Virus record (IMG/VR): IMGVR_UViG_3300033144_005510
DNA from: a virus
Taxonomy: Duplodnaviria > Heunggongvirae > Uroviricota > Caudoviricetes
Length of the DNA stretch: 49,580 nucleotides
Strand: one strand, 5' to 3'
Position 1 is the stretch's first letter; the number at the start of each line of letters is the position of its first letter. A program made the translations under genes and the position numbers. The notes under the pieces are model-generated. The model made no database searches. It was not told the origin of the DNA and saw only the letters and a list, made by a program, of their open reading frames with translations. This document shows, piece after piece, positions 43,634 through 49,580 of the stretch.

Positions 43634-44521
43634 ATGTCTGGAAATAACCCTGTTATCTCTACGCAACAGAGCGTTGATTTTATCTATCGAAAAGTTGGAG
43701 AACTTTTTATAGAGCTTCAAACGGTAAAACAAAATCTTACCAATACCGTAAAAAATCATAACGACCAAATTGATGAAATAAGATTAAATTTTCAAGAGCT
43801 AGTGGATGGCAAAGAAAAGCTTTCATTAAAGTATGATAATCTAAAAGAAGAATACGATGAATTACTAGCTTCAAACGAGGTTCTTCAAAACGATTTTAAA
43901 GAATCTCAAGAAAAATTAAAAGATTTAACTAATCTTGTTTCTCCAGGTTCTTTTGATTTAGATAATACTTTTGATATCGCAAGCTCTGACGGCACTCTGC
44001 CTGTTTTAGAAGAAAAAATTGATTCTGATGATTCGGAGTCTTCTGAATGTGAAACATGTGATGTATCAAACGAAACATGTGGTGAGCCTTGTTTAGAACA
44101 CGATCTTAATGAGTATGGAGTTCCCCACTCGGATATGGTGGAATTAACAAAAAAGTTAGGAAATAGTACTGATGTAGAATTTATTATGAACACCCTTAAT
44201 GAATTCTGCAAAGAAAAAGGGTATTTAATACATACACAAGAAACAGAGAATTCTGTAGAGTATAAAGTAGTTAGTAAACAATGGGCGCTTGATAATATTC
44301 AAACTAGAGAAGAGCCATCGTTTGACGATGAAATGGAAGAAGATATTATTGAAGAAGAACCTTCTAAAGACATTCCACAATTTCTAGGGACGCACCTTGA
44401 AATAATGGAAGAAGGAACTAATGTAGACATAACTCCTACTGCTGAACAAGATGATTCCGAGGTAATCTTTGGTAAAAGTCTTTTAGATGACTCTCTTGAG
44501 GATCTAATGAGTGGAACGTGA
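43634..44521 (+). CDS. coiled-coil acidic hypothetical protein (295 aa)
   Basis: N-terminal heptads, CETC...CGEPC cluster, acidic tail; AGGA-rich SD. Confidence 0.7.
   Translation: MSGNNPVISTQQSVDFIYRKVGELFIELQTVKQNLTNTVKNHNDQIDEIRLNFQELVDGKEKLSLKYDNLKEEYDELLASNEVLQNDFKESQEKLKDLTNLVSPGSFDLDNTFDIASSDGTLPVLEEKIDSDDSESSECETCDVSNETCGEPCLEHDLNEYGVPHSDMVELTKKLGNSTDVEFIMNTLNEFCKEKGYLIHTQETENSVEYKVVSKQWALDNIQTREEPSFDDEMEEDIIEEEPSKDIPQFLGTHLEIMEEGTNVDITPTAEQDDSEVIFGKSLLDDSLEDLMSGT
43965..43985 (+). repeat. 21-nt exact direct repeat, copy 2
   Basis: Identical to 39798-39818; encodes TFDIAS in both genes. Confidence 0.85.
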
Positions 44522-44586
44522 CCCAGTAAGGCACGTAGAAATCAGTTAGATTTAGTTTCTAAAAAGAGCGAGGGCGATAATTAAAA

Positions 44587-45621
44587 ATGGACAAAAGAAC
44601 AAGGAGAGAAATGCTTCTCTATAGACTTATATCTGATAATACAGAAATAACACTAGATGATAAAATTTATTCCTTGTTGTATCCCAGCCCAGAAATTAGG
44701 TTAAAATCTTATAGTATCTATGAACAAGCAGCTTATAAATTAAGATATGATAATATTTTAAGACAATCCGATTGTCTAAAAATTTTAGTTAGTCAAGATT
44801 TATGTTCATTTGATATTGATAAAAATTTAGAAGAAATAAGCAAACAAATTGAAAATTTAAAATGCAATCTTTTTAATAGTTTAATGAATCCTGCGTCTTT
44901 TAAAAAAACAAGAAATACATTGGATTTAGTTAAAAAAAAGTATACAGAGCAAATAAATATTAGGCATTCTTTAGATTACTTGACGATTGAAGGTTTTGCC
45001 GAAATGGTTAGACAGCAATATATTGTAATGGAGACTTTATATCATAATGAAGAAAAGGTTTGGGATTCTATAGACGATGTTGACTTTTCTTTATTGGAAA
45101 GAATAATGGCAAAAAAAATAGAATATTCTATTTCAATTGAAGATATAAGAGATATAGCAAGAAACGATCCTTGGAAAACTTATTGGAGCATTAATAAAGG
45201 GAATCCTTTTCCTCAAAATAAAAGCTTTGTTTTGTCTGAGGAACAAAAAAGTTTAATATTATTTTCTAGAATGTATGACTCTGCTTATGAACATCCTGAT
45301 TGTCCAAATGATTCTGTTATTCAAGACGATGATTTATTTGACGGATGGATGGTTTTTATAAGAAGAGAAAATGAATCACGTAAAAAAGAACAAGAGTTTG
45401 AAAAAAATAACAAAAAGCTTGCTAAGGCAGATGAAATTTATATTATGGCAAATTCTAAAGAAGAGGCCGAGCAAATAGATAATATGAATTCTGTAGCAGG
45501 AAAAATTATTAAGAAACAGAGAGAAAAAGTTCTTGAAACAAAAGGCAAAGCTATTGACGCAAATTTTGAAGATAGAAAAATGCAAATTAGTGCCGCTAAA
45601 CAATTAAAAATTAAAAATTAA
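44587..45621 (+). CDS. hypothetical protein, possibly tail assembly related (344 aa)
   Basis: Long AT-rich helical ORF between tube and TMP; DCPNDSVIQDDDLFDGW motif. Confidence 0.6.
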   Translation: MDKRTRREMLLYRLISDNTEITLDDKIYSLLYPSPEIRLKSYSIYEQAAYKLRYDNILRQSDCLKILVSQDLCSFDIDKNLEEISKQIENLKCNLFNSLMNPASFKKTRNTLDLVKKKYTEQINIRHSLDYLTIEGFAEMVRQQYIVMETLYHNEEKVWDSIDDVDFSLLERIMAKKIEYSISIEDIRDIARNDPWKTYWSINKGNPFPQNKSFVLSEEQKSLILFSRMYDSAYEHPDCPNDSVIQDDDLFDGWMVFIRRENESRKKEQEFEKNNKKLAKADEIYIMANSKEEAEQIDNMNSVAGKIIKKQREKVLETKGKAIDANFEDRKMQISAAKQLKIKN

Positions 45622-45645
45622 AACATAACAGGAAAAGGAATTACA

Positions 45646-46023
45646 ATGTCTAATAATGAGGATAAAAAATATTTAGGAGCGCATAAAAAAGCTAATGAAA
45701 AAAGGTATGAGGCTCATTCAAAAAATACCTTAAAAAGACACATGGAAACTAAATTTAGAACTACTATGATTGGTGCGTTGTCTAAATTTGAAAAAATATT
45801 TGGGGATTTGTGGGGACACGGTTTGCCAGACAGTGATCTTTCAGAAACCCAGAGAAAATTCAAAGAAAAGTGGCAATTAGCAAGAACAGAAATACTAAAT
45901 AATGGTAATAATCAGATGAGGGCAGCTTTATCTGAAATAGATAATAATACCATTAAATACAATAAAAGCCAATATAATTTTTTAATAAAACAGGACAATC
46001 AGGAGTTAACCGAAAATGAGTAA
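45646..46023 (+). CDS. hypothetical protein (125 aa)
   Basis: AAAGGA SD; packed ORF. Confidence 0.7.
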   Translation: MSNNEDKKYLGAHKKANEKRYEAHSKNTLKRHMETKFRTTMIGALSKFEKIFGDLWGHGLPDSDLSETQRKFKEKWQLARTEILNNGNNQMRAALSEIDNNTIKYNKSQYNFLIKQDNQELTENE

Positions 46024-46897
46024 GACAGTTGACAAAATTATTTTTGAAGCTGAAGTTCAAGGAACTATGAAGCAAATTTTGGTTCGCAAACCAAATATGG
46101 TACAGCAAAGGGAGGGCCAGAAGATTTATAATAGGGCTTTTAATGACGCTATTTCTTCAGGCGCTTTACTTCGTGCTAAATTAGATGACTTTATGCGTGA
46201 TCAAAATATGTGGGACGATAAGAAGCAAGAGGAGCTAGGGAAAATCAGCGAAGAGATTATCTCTATAGAAAAAAGTATTGCAAAAGGTGGAATTAAGTTA
46301 TCTGAAGCAAAAAAGCTTGCTATAAAATTGCGCGGTTTGAGATTAGATCTTAGAGACATGATTGCACAAAGAACAGAGTTAGATGTTCATACTGCTGAAG
46401 GTCAAGCCGATAATGCTAGGTTTAATTATTGGGTAAGTTCCTGTTTGGTGTATAATGATAATCAGAAACCTGTTTTTAATAATATGGACGATTATTTAAA
46501 CAATCAGGCTGAAGATTATGCTGTTCAAGGAGCTTCAAAATTAGCTTCTTTATTGTATAATTTGTCTGAAAATTTTGATGATTCTTATGAAGAAAACAAG
46601 TTTTTGAGAGAATTTGGTTTCGCAGATAGTGAAAATAGACTCGTTAACGAAGAAGGGAAACTCGTTGATGAAACTGGCCGTTTGATTAATGAAAAGGGCC
46701 ACTATATTGATGAAGATGGTAATAGAGTTGATAAAGATGGCTTAAAACTTGATGATGATGGTAATTATTCATTTGACAGAAGCCCATTTTTAGACGATGA
46801 TAATAATCCTATTGTTTCTGAAGAAGAAGATAAAGAAGAAGAAAGCTCTTCTGAAGAAGCTGATTCAAAAAACGAAGAAACTGTTGAATCTAAATAG
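46016..46897 (+). CDS. putative tail assembly chaperone
   Basis: AGGAG SD; directly upstream of TMP; 7-residue xxDExGx repeats near the C-terminus. Confidence 0.5.
   Translation: MSKTVDKIIFEAEVQGTMKQILVRKPNMVQQREGQKIYNRAFNDAISSGALLRAKLDDFMRDQNMWDDKKQEELGKISEEIISIEKSIAKGGIKLSEAKKLAIKLRGLRLDLRDMIAQRTELDVHTAEGQADNARFNYWVSSCLVYNDNQKPVFNNMDDYLNNQAEDYAVQGASKLASLLYNLSENFDDSYEENKFLREFGFADSENRLVNEEGKLVDETGRLINEKGHYIDEDGNRVDKDGLKLDDDGNYSFDRSPFLDDDNNPIVSEEEDKEEESSSEEADSKNEETVESK
46447..46456 (+). promoter_or_regulatory. exact GGTGTATAAT inside the chaperone CDS (possible internal late promoter)
   Basis: Encodes L-V-Y-N, 545 nt upstream of the TMP start. Confidence 0.3.
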
Positions 46898-46915
46898 TTA
46901 AACCCAAGCGGAAAG

Positions 46916-46987
46916 AAAAGTGGCATATAGGATAGTGCGTAGTGAGTTTTGCTCATTAATCACTGTTCTTATATGACCACTTTTTTT
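46916..46987 (+). terminator. long hairpin plus U-tract in the TMP leader (terminator/attenuator candidate)
   Basis: AAAAGTGG/CCACTTTT, CATATAG/TTATATG, GATAGTG/CACTGTT and TAGTGAG/CTCATTA stacked stems, then TTT. Confidence 0.6.
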
Positions 46988-47001
46988 AATAAAGTAAAAT
47001 T

Positions 47002-49580
47002 ATGGCAACAGCATTTAATCTAACGGCCCGATTAAATATCCAAGGTCCGTTTGGCGTTAAGCCAGTAGTAGACAAGCTTCGCAGTCAATTAAATAACGTC
47101 AAGGGTGATGTGAAAATCAACTTTGATGCTAGTGTGACTAAAAGAATACAAGAAGCTAACAAAGCACTTGCAGAGACGGAGAGAAGATTAAAAAATATTC
47201 AGGCTTCCTCCGCAGCGGCTAGAAATAATCTTTCAGGTCTTTCTCAATCATTTTCTAATGTTGCGAATTCTACTCAAAAATCAGTAAGGTCTCAATCACA
47301 GGCCAATGCCGTTATTGCCTCTACTGCTAGAGGTGCTGCCGAAGCAGCTTCTGAGATGGAAGATTTTGGTAGAGTCTCTGGTTTAGCTATTAGGCGATTT
47401 GCTGGATTTACAGTGGCCACAAGCGTCGTTTTTGGTTTTGTTAATGCTGTTCGTGACGCCACTAAAGAAGCTATTGCGTTTGAAAGAGAATTAATCAAAG
47501 TTCAGCAGGTCACTGGAACATCTCAGTTTTTATTAAAAGGACTGACAGACGAAATAACAAGATTGTCAACTACGTTCGGTGCTTCTTCTAGTTCATTGGT
47601 TTTAGCTGCACGTACATTATCACAGGCTGGTTTCACGGCTGCTGAAACTCAAAAGGCTTTAGAAGCATTAGCCAAAACAGATCTTGCTCCTACATTTGAT
47701 AATATCACCCAAACTACTGAAGGATCTATTGCTGCATTACGTCAGTTTAATATTGAGACTTCTGAACTTGAGGGCGTTCTAAGTTCAATCAATGCTGTTG
47801 CTGGTAAGTTTGCTGTTGAGTCGGGCGATATCATTGCAGCGATTAGACGTACTGGTGGCGTTTTTGCTGCTGCTGCTGGAGATGATCAGGAAGCCACCGA
47901 ATCTCTTCGTCAGTTTATCGCTTTATTCACATCTGTTCGTGCAACAACTCGTGAATCTGCTGAAACGATTGCTACTGGTTTACGTACAATTTTCACTCGT
48001 ATCCAAAGAAGAAGTACAATTGATTCTTTGAAAGAGTTGGGTATTGAGCTTGAAACTCTAGACGGTAAATTTGTTGGTCCTTTTGAAGCTATTAAGAGAT
48101 TAAGCGACGGCCTAAGTTCTCTTGATCCACAAGATCTCCGATTTGCAGAAATCGTAGAAGAGCTTGGTGGTTTTAGACAAATTGGTAAAGTTATTCCGCT
48201 TATTCAGCAATTTGAAACTGCCCAACAGGCTTTGAAGGTTGCAACAGAAGGCCAGGGCTCTTTGGCCAAAGATGCGATAACTGCCCAGCAATCACTTGCA
48301 GTTCAGTTTCAAAAGACACAAGAATCTTTTTTGGCATTAGTTCGTGATATCAGTCAAACTGATACTTTTCGCAGTATAGCCGAAGGAGTTTTGCAAGTAG
48401 CAAATACTTTTATTGATTTGGCTGGCGCAGTCAAGCCCGTTCTTCCTTTGCTTGCTGCATTTACCGCTTTCAAAGCTGCTCAAAGTGCTGTTCAATTTAC
48501 AAGAGGTTTTCGTTCTGGTGTTGCTGGTGCGGGAGGCGCTTCTGGTTTAGGATCAAGAATTGGTAGTCTTGGTGCTGATCAATCCGACATTGCTTCTACA
48601 AATAGTAATACTGCTGCTGTTACTCGAAATACAGCGGCACAGCAGGCTCAAACTGCTACGGAAAAATCTACTGCTGCCGTGCAGCAAACTCTTATAGGTT
48701 TAGGTAAATCCACAGAAGCTGTTTTAAGGGCTAACACAAATGCTTTAGGTTTAAATTCTGGTAATTTAAATTCAAATACTACGGCCTTAAGAGCGTCTAT
48801 AAATATAATGCAGTCTAGTATTTCGGCAACAACTGCTAATACTTCAGCAATAAATAGGCTTTCTCAGGTAATAGCTGGAAGTCGCTTTAGTTCTGGCCAA
48901 ACGGCTGCTAGAGCATCAGCTGCATCGCGTCCTTCTACACGCCGTCGAAATGCAAGCGGCGGTTCGATTAAATTTCAGACTGGCGGACAAGTTGGCGTCA
49001 ATGTTGGAGTATCTTCTTTTGGTGGTGGAGGATCGGCTCCTAGAAAAAGATTTGGAGGTGGGGGTAGCACTGGAAGAAGAAAGCGATTTGCCAGCGGTGG
49101 TAAGGTAAGTCGTTTTGGTGGCGGTGGCAATGTTCAACGATTTAATAGAGGAAGCATTCAAAAAATTAGACAAGAAGGAAGAGAAAGAGCTGGTATTGGA
49201 AATGTATTTGCAAGTTCTGATACAGTAAGACTTTCTAGAAGCTCTGGTAAACAGGCTGGCTTTATTAAAAAGACTGATGCTTTATTGGATGATGAGGGTA
49301 CTTTTGGTGCAATTTTCTTGAGACCTGGGGATATCAGTGAAAATACAATTGGTCGCGTTGAAGGTTCTGAATTTGCAGGTATTGCTGGACCTTCCGCTGC
49401 AAGAGCGGCTTTTCCAAAAACAATAAATGCTAAAAGCGTTGGCAATGCGCAAGTTAGACAAGCTTTGCAACAATATGACAAACAGAAAAAAGGAATTGAA
49501 AACAGGTTAAAACAAGGCACGGACTTTAATTTATTAATTAGAGGATTAGATGCAGATGACAGTGTAAGAATAGAAGACAG
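47002..49580 (+). CDS. tail tape measure protein, 5' part (runs off the window)
   Basis: ATG 47002, MATAFNLTARLNIQGP...; translated segments at both ends are in the same frame with no stop seen; FERELIKVQQVTG, LSQAGF, INAVAGKFAVESGDI, VEELGGFRQIGKVIPL TMP-type motifs. Missing from the ORF track because it has no stop in the window. Confidence 0.9.
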   Translation, partial: MATAFNLTARLNIQGPFGVKPVVDKLRSQLNNVKGDVKINFDASVTKRIQEANKALAETERRLKNIQASSAAARNNLSGLSQSFSNVANSTQKSVRSQSQANAVIASTARGAAEAASEMEDFGRVSGLAIRRFAGFTVATSVVFGFVNAVRDATKEAIAFERELIKVQQVTGTSQFLLKGLTDEITRLSTTFGASSSSLVLAARTLSQAGFTAAETQKALEALAKTDLAPTFDNITQTTEGSIAALRQFNIETSELEGVLSSINAVAGKFAVESGDIIAAIRRTGGVFAAAAGDDQEATESLRQFIALFTSVRATTRESAETIATGLRTIFTRIQRRSTIDSLKELGIELETLDGKFVGPFEAIKRLSDGLSSLDPQDLRFAEIVEELGGFRQIGKVIPLIQQFETAQQALKVATEGQGSLAKDAITAQQSLAVQFQKTQESFLALVRDISQTDTFRSIAEGVLQVANTFIDLAGAVKPVLPLLAAFTAFKAAQSAVQFTRGFRSGVAGAGGASGLGSRIGSLGADQSDIASTNSNTAAVTRNTAAQQAQTATEKSTAAVQQTLIGLGKSTEAVLRANTNALGLNSGNLNSNTTALRASINIMQSSISATTANTSAINRLSQVIAGSRFSSGQTAARASAASRPSTRRRNASGGSIKFQTGGQVGVNVGVSSFGGGGSAPRKRFGGGGSTGRRKRFASGGKVSRFGGGGNVQRFNRGSIQKIRQEGRERAGIGNVFASSDTVRLSRSSGKQAGFIKKTDALLDDEGTFGAIFLRPGDISENTIGRVEGSEFAGIAGPSAARAAFPKTINAKSVGNAQVRQALQQYDKQKKGIENRLKQGTDFNLLIRGLDADDSVRIED

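Noticed and set aside
44516-44561. Two small hairpins (ACGTG/CACGT and TAGAAA/TTTCTA) between the 295-aa and 344-aa genes
   Set aside because: Stems are short and weak with no U-tract; cannot be separated from chance without comparative data.
46867-46887. Slippery heptamer A-AAA-AAC near the end of the tail chaperone gene (possible G/GT -1 frameshift)
   Set aside because: The -1 frame stops after four codons (CGA AGA AAC TGT TGA) and the hairpin starts 43 nt away, too far to stimulate slippage.
46895-46930. TAG read-through fusing the chaperone to TMP
   Set aside because: A second in-frame TAG at 46928-46930 follows after ten codons, and TMP is in a different frame.
1-49580. Alternative genetic code (TAG or TGA recoding) as in some large phages
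   Set aside because: Genes pack tightly under code 11, with TAA, TAG and TGA all used at natural gene ends and very long ORFs intact.
1-49580. tRNA, rRNA, integrase, transposase or tail sheath genes
   Set aside because: No cloverleaf, rRNA-like tract, recombinase motif or sheath-sized gene before the tube gene was recognised by eye; tRNAscan-SE and HMM searches would be needed to exclude them formally.

Overview
The window is a ~50 kb slice of a large tailed dsDNA bacteriophage genome in standard genetic code, probably siphovirus-like because a tail tube and tape measure are present and no sheath gene is seen. Positions 1-700 hold tiny early ORFs behind a consensus sigma70 promoter, followed by a non-coding junction (700-1070) rich in repeated motifs. 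Next comes a minus-strand operon (1.9-7.8 kb) with a nucleotide-aminosugar pathway (RfbB-like dehydratase, DegT aminotransferase, GNAT acetyltransferase) and two putative glycosyltransferases. The plus-strand late region runs: phage sigma factor, probable TerS, Gmd, HNH, ERCC4 nuclease, TerL, portal, protease-scaffold, decoration protein, major capsid protein, ~10 kb of accessory virion genes, head-tail adaptor, a 3020-aa adhesin/depolymerase, neck and tail genes, and a tape measure protein that runs off the window. The most unusual features are four. (1) A ~75-90 aa beta module is inserted in-frame about 11 times into the giant protein, including a four-deep nested set. (2) The first ~72 aa of that protein recur as a standalone 74-aa gene immediately downstream, suggesting an anchor-plus-cargo display system. 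(3) The sugar pathway is tied to late expression by a palindromic promoter, which suggests virion glycosylation. (4) A recurring GGTGTATAAT late promoter, an ATGACCACTTTT motif and several candidate structured RNAs occur in intergenic DNA. All calls come from reading the sequence and from motif recognition; no database searches or folding programs were run.
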